Positions 27,267 to 40,505 of a DNA stretch of 64,000 bases are shown piece after piece. Source of the stretch: Tubiluchus corallicola (taxonomy: Eukaryota; Animalia; Priapulida); contig JAQGDQ010000025.1 in NCBI GenBank assembly GCA_030141605.1, positions 726,907 through 790,906 on the forward strand, in the 5' to 3' direction. The notes below the pieces were generated by a model, which worked only from the letters and a program-made list of their open reading frames with translations, did not search any database and was not told where the DNA came from. The translations under genes and the position numbers were made by a program. Within the stretch, counting starts at the first letter, position 1; each line of letters starts with the position of its first letter.

Positions 27267-27606
27267 TTGCCACACTTTATAGTTTATACTTGCCACGCTT
27301 TATAGTTTATACTTGCCACACTTTATAGTTTATACTTGCCGCACATTATAGTTTATAGTTGCTGCACTTTATAGTGCCACACTTTATAGTTTATACTTGC
27401 CACACTTTATAGTTTATACTTGCCACACTTTATAGTTTATACTTGCCACACTTTATAGTTTATACTTGCCACACATTATAGTTTATACTTGCCGCACTTT
27501 ATAGTTTATACTTGCCGCACTTTATAGTTTATACTTGCCGCACTTTATAGTTTATACTTGCCACACTTTATAGTTTATACTTGCCGCACTTTATAGTTTA
27601 TACTTG
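27267..27606. repeat. 23-bp minisatellite, about 14-15 copies
   Basis: TTGCC(A/G)CACTTTATAGTTTATAC repeated head to tail. Confidence 0.97.
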
Positions 27607-27895
27607 TTGAGATTTTTATTTTATAAAATGTTTATTTTTGTTTCAAATTGTTTTGAAGTTCAATAGTTTCTATAGTTTCACAGTCTCAAGAAAAGAATCA
27701 ATGTAGAAAAAGTGAAAATTTGATATAGTTTGAATCAATTTGAGATAATAATTTTGTTTTTATGTATTACTTATCAAAATAATTAGAAGCTATGGTAAAA
27801 GACTAAAAAGAAATTATTAAACATAATTGAAATTCAGAATGTGATTTTTTTAGCTGAGAATCTCACTTTTGAATGTTTACCGTTTATTTTATTAG

Positions 27896-27975
27896 CATCT
27901 ACAAAATTAATTGGTGGAGGCACCATTGAACATATATCTCGTGAAATGTGGCACACATTGGATGTATCTGTTAAG
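27896..27975 (+). CDS. GALC: GALC exon (lectin domain)
   Basis: attag|CA...AAG|gtaag; ASTKLIGGGTIEHISREMWHTLDVSVK. Confidence 0.88.
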
Positions 27976-28427
27976 GTAAGTCATCTTTGTAGTGGGTAAA
28001 TGACTTGTAAATAATTGATTAGCTAACTAATTTATACAGGAGTATAACCAGCTTATTATTTGTTATTAATGCTTTTTTCATATGTAAGATACAACCATTT
28101 TATGGATTATGAAAGGAAGATACCATAAGAAGTCTTTTTAGAGTTACTTATTCTCCTAGCAAATGTTTGGAAGATGCTCTATCTATTATGTGTAATGTGT
28201 ATATTCGTAAGTCCATAGGTGTACAGATCAGATTGTGTAAAACTCATTTAAACCTTTAATGAGTAAAACCTAGTTAATTTATATGTTGACTAACAGTTAA
28301 TTTTATAGGCCTGCATGATTATAGAAGTTATAGTGTATAAAACTGGAAACTATAGGACGTATTTGATGCTGGAAAATCTTTGTTGCTAAAATTGATTGAA
28401 AATATTCTCTGAATGGTTGTTTTCTAG

Positions 28428-28622
28428 GGAAACAAGTTTTCAGCGCTCGTGGACCAGAAACTTGTCATTGGAACGGTGCTGCCACCTGATATTTTGCATG
28501 GATTTGTCGCTATAGGAACAAACAAATTTGGACTGGCAGATTTCGACAACTTCCAGATCAAGAAGTCGGAGATTCATATGTTCGAATATGAGAGTGGTGA
28601 CAATAGCGGTATAAGACTATGA
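28428..28622 (+). CDS. GALC: GALC last coding exon
   Basis: ttctag|GGA...CTA TGA; ...HGFVAIGTNKFGLADFDNFQI matches GALC GWAAIGT..F..AQFDNF, followed by a short tail and stop. Confidence 0.93.
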   Translation, partial: GNKFSALVDQKLVIGTVLPPDILHGFVAIGTNKFGLADFDNFQIKKSEIHMFEYESGDNSGIRL

Positions 28623-28801
28623 ATTCCCGGCTTATTTAATGTCATTTTTTCTCAGGGGTGGGTATAAGCATGCTGATCTTATTGACACAAATGTGATAGA
28701 ATGCAGGAACCACAAATTGTCTACACTTTTCTACGTTTTAGAGGTTTTGTGGAAATTTTTCTCTAAATATGAATTCTTGAACATTCTGCTTATTGAGGAA
28801 G

Positions 28802-29068
<267 letters not shown>

Positions 29069-32000
29069 TTGAACAAAATTGCTGAGAAAATAAGTGGTAC
29101 TTTTTACCTATTTGATTGCATTTAACTACGTTGTTCATAACAACATTAAGCTCTGATTGTGAAGCATAATGATTTCTCTTAACTTATTGCATATAAAAAT
29201 ATAATAACTTGCCAGAATCATTCTGGTAATTGAAATTTTTCCAAACTGTCATTCCATTTTTTCTTAATCATTTCCTGACTTTTAACAATTTGAAATCAGG
29301 GCTAAAGTTTACAGTTCCCCACACACAAGAAATTAGTTTATGAAGAGATCACCAATCGGTTAGCGTTTTTATTTAGGGTTAGGGATCACCAAGGAAAATT
29401 TTTTGCGATGCTATTGCCGTCAGAATATTGTACAGCATTCCTATAGAAGTTTGCTACGTATTTAGGTAAAAGTATTTGAATTTTGTGGTTTTGCAAAACA
29501 TACTCACTGCACTAGCTCTTGTTAGAATTTTATTAGACTTGCAAATTGCTTTGTTTTTAGTCTGTTATATTGATTACCAGAATTTTAAGTGACTAGTACA
29601 ATTCAGAGCATTTTCTTATCATGAGCACCATAAATTGTTTAATATGTACCTCTTTAGAGTCGTGTTGCTTGTTGTAAACTCTAATTAATAATGATTATGG
29701 CCATAATAATGCCTGTGATACTATTTTTAAATACATGTAGTATATTTGCGCATTTATTAGCTAATTATTTTTGTTGTTGATCAGGGGCATTCCAATTAAT
29801 GTATTAATTGTTTATTTGAATTTATAAAATGTACATTTGTCATTTGCTGACAGTTTTTTGGGAATATTTAAAAGAAAAGGTCAGCAAAACTTATAATGTA
29901 TGTTTTAAAAAATTTGCAAGTGTTTTAATTTCTATGCGAAGTGGCAGCATTACACCATTACCCCAGGAAAATAATAATATTTAACTTTATTAATGAATTC
30001 TGTTTTTTTACAACGAGACGTTTCAGTAACAGCAACTACCGTGACTATGATTGTACTGAAAAATTAAAATATTCTATTTACAATATCATATAAAATAGAG
30101 TTAGAAATTACAAAACTGTAAATTTTTATCATGAATTTTGCAATTTTGCTAACATAAAAGAAATCAAGAAAATTAACAAACTAAATTGTATGTTGTGTGA
30201 ATGAACTCCGAATAGATGATTTATATACTGTAAATGCTGAAAAACTAGTTTTTTTTGTACTTTTTTTATAAAACAACAAATTTAGATGACTGTGATTTAG
30301 TTAAAAGTATTATCTATCAGTTATATTTTTAGCATTATATCAGAAAACGTATGAGATAATAATGCATGGTGTTAATTAACCTTTGATTACCAAAAAAACT
30401 AATTTAACAAACAGGCCTATAACAGTAGTGGTCATTATATTATATTTTTTGTTTTAGATACTCTGTACTCTTTATTATCGAATACTGTTTGTCAAAATAT
30501 AATTACGATTGATAAACATTTAATTTGCAATTGTCTGTTAATTATAAGAGGCTCTGGATCTAGTTAATTTTGCTGCTTTTCAAAAATAAAATTTGCAGTC
30601 GACATTCAATATATTAATAATTATGTCAACAGCAAATTTTATTATAATATAATATTAAGGTTGACACATACCAATGAGTTTTACAACCACCAGACATAAG
30701 AAGATTGTTGCTGGTAGCATAAACTTGTATATTGTTACACAGAATCACTGATAGCAGGAATAAAATTAGCCATATTTTATAGCAATCAAACTACATGTAA
30801 AGTGGTCATGATTTTTTTTATTTTCTTTAACACTGACAATGAAAAATTGAAGCTATGAACAAATTAATGTGAAGTTAGTTTGAACATTTACTTAAATACT
30901 TAAATATATTTAAATGTTTAACTACAAAAGTATTTAAATACATTTTTACCCATGTTTTTTGTATATAACCAAATACAGTGTAATAAGTAGAATGACATCA
31001 TTTAATCAGTGAAATCGTCACTATTTCTATCCACTTTTTGATAGCAGTTTACAATTACAACATATACAAGTACCTTAACTTCATGCTTGCTATCAGTAAC
31101 ATGGAATATATTGTAATTATGATAATATTTGTTATACGTGTATAATAAATGATGTTGTATTGTAGTGTGTTATAGTGAGGCTGAATCGAGTCACACATAT
31201 ATTTATAGTCATGGGAAGAGTATTTAAATTATTGTGAGTAATTGTATTAAAATAAAATGGTAGGAAATGTCACATTTCATTTTGTCGTTTTAATGCAAAG
31301 TAAAAAAAATGCAGTGGTTATTGCCTTCATTAATAACTGTGTTTAATATTAGTCTGACCATTAAATCCTGAATAAAACAGATTATTCTATTCATTTAAAT
31401 TTGAGCGTGTGCCTTCTTTTTTGTGTTGCTTCCAGCTAGTAGCCAAAAGCAGTTAGAAAAACTACTCTAGAAAACAGGTAGACTAAATTCTATAATTAGA
31501 TAACAGATAGACAATCACATAGCCAAAGAATCGATAAGACATCAAGAAATGTTAATTGAAGTTATTTGCTGTTATTGTTATTTGCCTGAAAATAAAATAA
31601 TATCAAATTTGCAATAAACTTCTAGGATGTAAATTAGTAATAATGCTTTAGTAAATACTGAGTTGAATTAAGTAAGTTAAGAAACTGTATTTTTTAAGGT
31701 TAAACAAAGTCATAGGACAAGGTATACTTATATATTAGGCTGCAACGCCAAGCTGAAAATCAAAAATGCTCGTTCGTCCATGTTGTAGCATACCTGTTAC
31801 TTTCGAGCAACCTGATTAAATTAATTAGAGAATGTTTTTGGCACAACTATGCATTGTTTTGCAGCTCATATTCTCAACTGTTCTCATTGTTCTGATGTCT
31901 GTGAAAATGTGAAGAAAACAGTGTCAACTTGGTCATTAGCTTTACGAAAAAAAGTTGAGACTGAAAGCTCGGATAATTATGTGTGACTTTCTCTGACGTT

Positions 32001-32262
32001 TAAACTGGGTTAATCGATGGTAATTGGGAGCACTTAGCAGAGCAAAAATTCCTCTTTTCTAGTAGCATTACGTAGCCTTATAACAAACGAGTTGCAGGTA
32101 CCTGTCACCACTTAAGATAGTTAAATTCCGTGACAAAAAAGAATATTTCACTTTATTAAGTTGTTGTCAAATTTAACTGAATAAAAGTTTCATTAAATTT
32201 ACTTAATAAAAAGTACCTGTAATCTATTACATTAACCATGATGTCCAGAACAGTCTGTCCTT

Positions 32263-32328
32263 AAATCATTTCCTACTTCCAAACTTTAACGAACCTAAAT
32301 CATTTCCCACTTCCAAACTTTAACGAAC
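32263..32328. repeat. 34-bp tandem duplication
   Basis: AAATCATTTCC(T/C)ACTTCCAAACTTTAACGAAC twice. Confidence 0.9.
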
Positions 32329-34528
32329 TTTCCAACAATGTCTAAAACTCTCCGGTAGGTTGTATACTCAAACTCTTCAGCCCAAATTAAAGTTTATAGG
32401 AACGTGCAAGTGACAGGATTCGGTTTCTTAATTAAACCAACGCGTGTGCAAGTTCTGTTGGAAGAATCAATGTGCGATCTTTCAAGTTTGCCAATGTGGT
32501 TAAAAACATTGCATTCAGAACTCTAGTCCAGAGATTGGATGATAGCATTGCCAATGCAGAAAAATCAGTAGTTGTGAAAATCACCACAATGCACAATTAA
32601 CGCAAAGATGAACTAAACTTTAGGTCTATACATTTCATATGCTAAGCGACATAATACTTAAATAGATTAGTTTTGTTGTACGAATCGACTTAATAGCTCT
32701 TAGGAGCTAGTGTTTTTTATGTTTATGTAAAACTCAACTTTACGTAAAGTTTGATTTGATTTGATTTACCGTTTCTATTTATTTATTTATTTATCTATTT
32801 GTTTATTCATTTAATTATTTTTATTTATTTATTTACTTGTTTATTTATTTTATTTACTGACCAAAATAAAATTGAATCATAATTCTAAAAGTATGTATGC
32901 TAACAAACAGTTACAGAACAAACTTGCAAGCAAAAAAGCACAAAATATTTTCGCAGAACCCTAGTAAAAAACAATATCTCATATCAAGTAATAGGGACCA
33001 AAGTAGAGTTCAAAAGGAAATCTCGCGCACTATGGCTGGTTTGATTTTGCATCCGCGTTTTGTTATTCCAAACAGCCTGAAATGATGGTAATAACAGCCC
33101 TTTATCGCAGTATATAACTTTTAGTATTTTGAGAGTAGGTCTATAGACCTATTTGCCAGTGCTTAAATCTTGACAGTATTTGCCTATTTTCAAGTTTATT
33201 AATTGCTTTTTTTCATTATAGAAATATTGTTTTACATGCGATTTTACCGCGTTCATGTAAAACCATAAATTTCTATTCACCCATTGTCTGGTACTACATA
33301 TCAGAGACTTATTTAATGCAAGTTTCAGTCAATTCGACGCTGTAATTGTCAAAATTCGTGGACACGCGTAAACGGGTGACAGTACAATAGTATTTTCACT
33401 TAGGAACAAATTTCCAAAATTCAAAATAGTATAAATATTATAACTGAAGCGCTCATTATAGCAGCCTTGATTTCTCTAAACTCGTATCAACTGAAAATAG
33501 CAGTTTTTCAAAGCAAATTTCAAAAAACTAACCAAAATGTTTTGAACAGGAACTCGTAGACCTACATACAAACTCCTTTGTGTAACAAAACTTTCATTCT
33601 GTATAACAATGAAATGTGTTATTACCAAGACGGAGGAATTCCATCACAGCGCATGCTTAGTGACTAAAGTTCAGCAACGTTACGACTAGCTAGTAAATGG
33701 ATTGGTAATCGTCAGAAAAATCGCCTCTGTATCACACTGCCAGCACTATTTCACTAACCAAAGGGAGTGTAAACAAATCTGTCTGATCTGCCAGCATACC
33801 CTTAATGATTACACAGGTTTCGGTCCCGGCACGATCATCAACATGATAACTAGCTCGTGTGGCTGAGTGCCTAATCGAAGCAGTAAAAAATTATAATGAG
33901 ATTTGGCGAATCTGACTCACTTGGGCGTTTTCACAAGCATTTAATTTTACTTTACAATTGTAACGTTTTTACAATATATACCTGTCATCGACACCCGTTT
34001 ATCACGGGTGCTTATTGTAAGAACAGATTGTTTTGAAATCTTTGCAGTCGGTTCTACAAATAAAAGCGGGGTTCTCAGTGGCGAGAGAATTATGGTTATC
34101 AACACACTGATATTTAATTTCGATAGCTATTTCATTCCAATGTCCCCAGGGTTTGCCTCACCTAACTTTCAACAAACGGTGTTCACCACTGAGAACCGAC
34201 TGTGTCTAATAATAGGATGTGCCAGTGTTGCTGTAATTAGTAACCTATAAGCTGCTTTAGCTTGCAGAGATTTTAATTACACGAATTTACATGAAAAAGA
34301 TGACAAGAAGTTAGGTCAAACGGCAGCGCAAACTAGCAAATGTTTCAAAAATATTATCAGTTAACCAGTCACGAAAGGCGTTTGTCACATGTGCTTTCTA
34401 AAAAAAAACAATGAATATGTGGGTCAGACATGTGTCAACCGTCGACTGGATGTTCTAAAGAAAGTGAAAATGATAATTACAACGGCTAATGAGTGACATG
34501 GTTTGAACAAAAAGAATGTAGCGCGGAA

Positions 34529-34565
34529 TATAAATAGCGAAGAGGCGACAAAAACGTGTTAGTAG
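34529..34565 (+). promoter_or_regulatory. TATA box and initiator-like element of the chitin-deacetylase-like gene
   Basis: TATAAATA at 34529-34536, TTAGT Inr-like motif about 30 bp downstream (34559), ATG at 34589. Confidence 0.6.
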
Positions 34566-34588
34566 TGATCACAGAGCTTGGTGGAATC

Positions 34589-34628
34589 ATGTTGTGGTGT
34601 GCTATCTTCATCTCGCTAATCGCTAGTG
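34589..34628 (+). CDS. Chitin-deacetylase-like protein exon 1 (signal peptide)
   Basis: ATG MLWCAIFISLIAS + G|gtaagt; hydrophobic N-terminus, phase 1 joins the next exon. Confidence 0.82.
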
Positions 34629-35238
34629 GTAAGTCTTCAAATTTGAAACTGTACGAATGTAGTAAAGAATATAACGGCAATATCCATTCTTTTAGCTGGG
34701 CGAGCAGCCGGTCGACTTTTTAAGTAACAATTTATTAGATTTTGATACAATTAGCAGCTTTACAGACTCTCGCTGATGGTGTTAATCTTATCAAAAACAG
34801 GTAGAAAACTTATTCACATTGAAAGTAGATGCAGTTGCCTGCATTGACTGGCCAGTTTCCTAACCAGTAGTTCGGCCAGTTGACCGACTGGTTAACTAAA
34901 GTTTACACAAGTAGTAACTGATGAAACTACAACAACAAAATCGGCAGTAATGTTATGCTACTGCCAACCAGCAGTTTCTCTTTTAATTTTGAATAATGAA
35001 TTATTATTACCGTTTATTACTGTAGCATTTACATTTTTACCAGATTGTTTTAGTAACTTTGTGTTACTTTCCCTAGTTTGAAATACTTGGTAAATAAAGC
35101 ACCGAAGAAACATTATTTTCACTATGACAGTACTAGCAATTTTACATTACTGAATCTGTAAATACTAATTAGATCGAGACTGATCTTATTTTTACCTATG
35201 TGTATTTTAATATTGTGTCTTAATCTTGAAATTTTCAG

Positions 35239-35384
35239 CCCTAGCAAACTCGGTTGAGAAGAGGTTTGGTGTAGCACCAGAAATTGAAGATGAGTGCAAC
35301 CGATTTTTGGGCAACGCAACGTATGTTGCTTCTGCCAACTGCCAGATGTACTACCACTGCAATAACGGATGGCCTATACTAAAG
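35239..35384 (+). CDS. CDA-like exon 2 (signal end, KR site, CBM14 N-half)
   Basis: tttcag|CC...AAG|gtatg; ALANSVEKRFG...ECNRFLGNATYVASANCQMYYHCNNGWPILK. Confidence 0.9.
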
Positions 35385-36319
35385 GTATGATATAGTATAA
35401 AGCACATCATGCACTAATGTGTCATTTTACACGAAAATAAACAGCTGCCGGATAATCAATGGAATCGTATGAGCGAGGAGAGAGGCTGAAAAAAAGAGAA
35501 AAAAATAAGGTGCAGTCAACAGATAAATTAGCTATCGACATCCACATTGTAAAGTTGGAAAAGGGCTGGTTGAGATTGAGAGCATAAGGATTGAGCATAA
35601 ATGCTAGACAGCACAAGAGCTGACAATTTTAGAAATGTTAGAACAACGCCTGCCATAAAGTGAGTTTTGGAAACGCTCGTTTGACCTTCAGTGGTCAAGA
35701 AATTCAAAAACCAAATTCAAGTCAGGGCCAGCAAGGTAGTTTCTGTATCTGATCAAACGCACTGGTTTAAGTAATAAATCTGGAGAAGCAACTCACATAA
35801 TTATAGCAGCAGTATTCAATTAGCCTTCATTAAGTATTTTTGAGCCAAACAAAAGTATCCTACATTCTTTTGTAGACCCACTTTTGAGAACTTCTTTTAT
35901 CTCCAATAACAAGATCATAATTCCGTCTGACACCAAAACCACCAAGAAAATGAAAATTATCAGCATCAGCAAAGAGTGCGTTTCTTACTTGAGTAGAATC
36001 ATCTCGTGTCTGTGACGGAAATGAGGAAGGCGATATCACGGTTCCAGTCGGGTTGTCGCAAGTTCACTTTTCTTGTAAAGCAAGTTGCACACATGCGTGA
36101 TTTTATGTGAAATGACATTTGCAGGAAGGTAACTAATTTAAAATAAAAGCAAGGTAAGAACCAACGCTGATCGTTGAGGAATGTGTCCATTGATGTAGTG
36201 ACTGGTGTAAATCTGACCACCAAGAACGAAATTCAGGCAGGAATCAGCGAGAAAAATGTCATAGTATTTATAAACGGTCTGACTCTGTGCTAATTACGCA
36301 CTTGTCGGTCTCTTTATAG

Positions 36320-36458
36320 GTGTGCCCAGGTAATACAATTTGGTCCCAAACTAGCAAACATGAAGGTCGGTGCGAGAATCCTGCAGATGCAAGAAATGAC
36401 GTTTGTGGACACGTACCGCCAATACCAACCGATGAAGAACTAGGAATTGTTGATCCAG
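36320..36458 (+). CDS. CDA-like exon 3 (CBM14 C-half and linker)
   Basis: ttatag|GTG...CCA G|gtatg; completes the six-Cys pattern CX14CX5CX9CX15CX10C of the peritrophin-A type. Confidence 0.88.
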
Positions 36459-37114
36459 GTATGTCGTATGCACGTAAGCACCTGGCTTATACTGCTAAAA
36501 GACAGAACGTGCCACAAAGCCCATAATGCGCTTTGGCCATTGTCAAGAAAAACACAGGAGGTGTTAAAGCTCGCGTCTCTGTAATTATTGTCATATTATC
36601 AAACAGCAAAAAAGTCACTTATTTTTGTCTTAATGATAATTAGTAAACACCTGACGTGCTCCAAAGTGCAACTGTGAATTGTTTTTTCTTCGTAATTAAC
36701 GCTTGTAATTACATTTCTGATGAACACGTATGATTACGAGTACTATTAAGTGAACTGTCAAGTGAATGATTAAATTTGGTGCATAAATAAACAAGCTTGT
36801 AAACAACGAAGAAGCAAGCAAATGTACAAACAAACAAAAAAAGAAAAAAACAAATACACCCGCAAATGCATGAACATACGAACAAACGAATGAGTGAGCA
36901 AAACAGTTACTGAAAAAAGGGACAGTTAGCAAATGAATGCAAATCAAAGAAAGGACGAATCAAGTGATTAAAGAATAGTTCATTAAAAGTACATTGGTTT
37001 TTCTTTAAAAGTGGTTATCATGAAAATGTTGTCTTTAAAGTGAATAATGTGTCTGTAGACGGATAATTTGTTGGTTAAACTAATTAATTAATTATTCGTT
37101 TTGCATATTTACAG

Positions 37115-37248
37115 CTTACAGTAAGTGTGAATTCTATTGCACAAATGCGTTTGATGAATGTATCAGTTGGGATGCTGTATGTGATGGCATTGTTCACTGT
37201 AGCGACGGCAGTGACGAAGTTGACTGTGCTGCACCCTGTAACCCCCAA
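37115..37248 (+). CDS. CDA-like exon 4 (LDL-receptor class A domain)
   Basis: ttacag|CT...CAA|gtaag; CEFYCTNAFDECISWDAVCDGIVHCSDGSDEVDC. Confidence 0.93.
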
Positions 37249-37711
37249 GTAAGCACTCTTTTTCTTTGCGATAACTTTTACTTCGTTAACAGCTTTACTA
37301 CCATTAACATAAATAACATAGACAAAGAGCTCTTGCTACCTGTTGAACGGCGCCAGAATTTCTAAAATAAGTCACTCGCTCTCAAAAAATGCCCCTGGGT
37401 GGCACTCAAAAGATTATTTCATTGTTACTATTTGGAATGAGAAAGGCACAATAATAACAAAGTCGTAATCCTGCCAACGGTGCTTTTTGTCATTATTCCT
37501 GTTTAAGTCATCAAATAGCACTCCAGGAAAAGACTGTTTTGTATTTGGCGAGGCAAAAGTTAGTTCATCTTTCCACAACATTGTCATTTTCACCACTAAC
37601 ATAAAGAAGTAACTAACAGCTATGATTGGATCACCAAGCGGATTAAGAAGCTCTACGGTGGGTAGCTTTTTATCTGAATTTTCAATTTTTAGTTTTGATT
37701 TTTCGTTTTAG

Positions 37712-37861
37712 GTTTGTCGTGAACCTGACTGTTTCTGTTCGGGAACGTCGATTCCCGGAGGTTTGCTGCGCGATGAAACTCCTCAGATGGTGACAATGAC
37801 GTGGGAATCCAACAACCGCGTGGAAGACATTCAGCACATCCTGATGAACATATTAAAGCGG
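37712..37861 (+). CDS. CDA-like exon 5 (start of CE4 domain)
   Basis: ttttag|GTT...CGG|gtatg; VCREPDCFCSGTSIPGGL...PQMVTMTWES, typical of animal CDAs (C.LPDCFCS...IPG...PQM..ITFDD). Confidence 0.93.
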
Positions 37862-38413
37862 GTATGTTTGCCTTAGGCAGGTAAAAATGCGTACGTTTGA
37901 CGCTGTGTAAGGCACAATAGTAACAATACAAATCGCTAATAATTTAGCCTAGTGTACAACGAATTGTGTAACTATATTCATGCAATATTGATACAGAAAT
38001 GTATCAGAACTCCAAAGAGTTTAGTGTCCTAATATCACTATTTAAATAAACTGAAGTACGTACGCGCATTGGTGGATAATGAAAACTGGACTACAGGTAG
38101 AGCTAAAATATAAATTTCAGATACGTAGCATATCTAGTATATTCATGTATTATATACACCATTTTGTTTTTATTGTATGTCTAAGTCATCAAAGCCTTAT
38201 AGATAGCTTCATGTGGAATTTTGCAGTTCTGCTACCATATAGCCTATATTCATGTACTGCTAATGAACATATTACTGGTAATGCAAGGGCAATACTTAGG
38301 CGATACGACAATGGCACACCACGTACAAAAAGAACAATTTCGGCGTAGGTTGCAGTTTAAAACACAACACACGCGGTGCTATGTTAAATACTGACTGTAA
38401 GTTTGTCTTTCAG

Positions 38414-38562
38414 ATTGACGCCAGTAGAAGGCGCACAGCGAGAGTAAATCCCAATGGCTGTCCAATTGGTATGACTTTCTTTACTGAACATCAGTTTAAT
38501 GACTATGCACTAACACAATTCCTGTACAAGGGAGGACACGAAATCGCTGGCTTGTCTATCAG
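38414..38562 (+). CDS. CDA-like exon 6
   Basis: tttcag|ATT...ATC AG|gtac; NPNGCPIGMTFF...GHEIAGLSI. Confidence 0.92.
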
Positions 38563-39025
38563 GTACAAAGCAAATAAATTTCTGTCTTCTTACCGCTTAT
38601 GGTATTTTTTGACATCCGTCGAAATCGTGCATGCGTTACGGCGTTTTGACGCAACAGGATGAACCAACTTTTGATGGTCACCTATCTCGAATTAGCTTAA
38701 AGCGTGCGTAAAATTTTACACGAGTATTTTTTATGCGTGCCAAAAATCGTGGTGAAACAAAGCAAAATTGTTAAAATTATGCTAACTATTCATCCAGTTT
38801 TACTTTTAAACGTGTGAGCAGAATGACTTGACTTGCTGAAATTAAAGGCCCATAAATTTTATGATTAAAGTCTTTTCAAAGTCTTTGTATTCGCATATTA
38901 CTTGTAGGACAGTGTTAGTGTAATTCCTTGGGTTACTGTTGTTCTTGCAGATTCGTAACCATTATCCGTACTGCAGGTGTCTCACCAAGATTTTTGAATT
39001 TTGTGTTTTTGTTTTTTTCACACAG

Positions 39026-39605
39026 TAAAACACTACCATACGCTGACTACTGGGCCGACGCCCCAACTGCTCTTTGGGCTGACGAATACGCCGGGCAGAG
39101 ACAGATCTTGGCTAGGCTCGCAAACATCGACCCCTCCGACGTGCGCGGAATGAGAGCACCTGGTTTGCAAATGGGCGGAAACAACCAGATGGCTATGATG
39201 GCAAACCATGGTTTCCTTTACGACAACTCAATGTCTACGAACCAAAACAATCCACCAGTCTGGCCGAGTACCTTGGACTACAGAACAACACTCGAGTGTA
39301 CCACTCCTCCATGTCCAACAGCATCCTTTCCTGGCATGTTCGAAGTGCCTATGGTTAACTGGATTGACACTAATGATACTCTTTGCAACAATGTCGATGG
39401 CTGCTACTTCCCTGAAAGCAAAGAGGAAGCATTGATGTTGCTGAGGTCAAACTTCCTCAGCCATTACACGACTACTAGGGCTCCGCTAGGGGTGCATCTG
39501 AGGGCAAGTTGGTTCTACAGAGCTCGCTACACTCTTGAAGCTTTGATTGAGTTCATTGATGATTTGCTGGCTAATGGCGACGTTTATTTTGTAACCATGC
39601 AACAG
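39026..39605 (+). CDS. CDA-like exon 7 (core of CE4 domain)
   Basis: cacag|T...CAG|gtaag; GMRAPGLQMGGNNQ...GFLYDNS...PPVWPSTLDY...CPTASFPGMFEVPM...RAPLGV...DVYFVTMQQ. Confidence 0.95.
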
Positions 39606-40505
39606 GTAAGTCCTCAATGTTTTATTTGTCCGGCTCCAGGTTTGCCAGCTCTACAGAGATGTAGCTGATTAAAATCGATTAAAAACAATTCTTAATTACC
39701 ATGTAGATTCTCCTTATCCCGCTTTCGTCTTTCTCTTTTCTAATCTCTCCTATCCCCCCTCTTTTTCTCCCTCTGGCTGTCACCCGCTCTCTTCGTCTGT
39801 CGTTTTTGCCTTTGCATTAGTACTAGTTTCGTTTGATTTTTTTTACAAGTTTTGATTTTCTTTTTGTCTTGTATTTTGTGTAATGACTAATTCTTTGTCA
39901 TCATTTTCCTTTATTTTTAAAACAAGCTGCAAATTCCTTATATAAAGTAAACTGTTGCAACAAGCTATTATTATAGGAACAGCTAACTTGATGATGGTAT
40001 GGTCCCTTCGCTGCTCCTTCTTCGTTATATAATTTTTTTTCATTATGATATTGCAGAAATTGTTCCTTTTTGTGGAGAAAAATGAATTGAATTGAATTAA
40101 ATTATTAGTTCATTTCGCTTGCCACCCCCTCTTTCTCTCCTTGTCTCGCGCCCGTAGTCCTTACACATCTTAATTTATGCTTAGTTTTAGACACTTATTT
40201 CTCTTTTCTGCCTAATTAGCTCTCGTTTCTTACTTTGCCTTTCTTATCGGATCTTGAATTTTTATTATATAAAATTATGTTTGTTTCGCAATTTTTGTAG
40301 ACAGTACATATTGCAAAACAATGTTAAAACAAAATCATAGCAAATGATTTATAAAGGAGAAAAAGTGTCCCACTTCTTTGTTATTTTTTTAGTAAAATCT
40401 GAAGCTCATTGTTCATTGATGCATTGTTTAATGCTTTGGTGGTCATTCTATTCCAATATTTCTGCTTTCGTTGCTTTCTGATTTTTCTTTTTTTTTGTTC
40501 TCTAG

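Noticed and set aside
27267-27606. Regular 23-bp array as a CRISPR
   Set aside because: No unique spacers, head-to-tail units, eukaryotic intron, no cas genes.
28611-28622. C-terminal IRL of GALC as a peroxisomal PTS1
   Set aside because: Ile at -3 is non-canonical, and GALC is a secretory/lysosomal enzyme.
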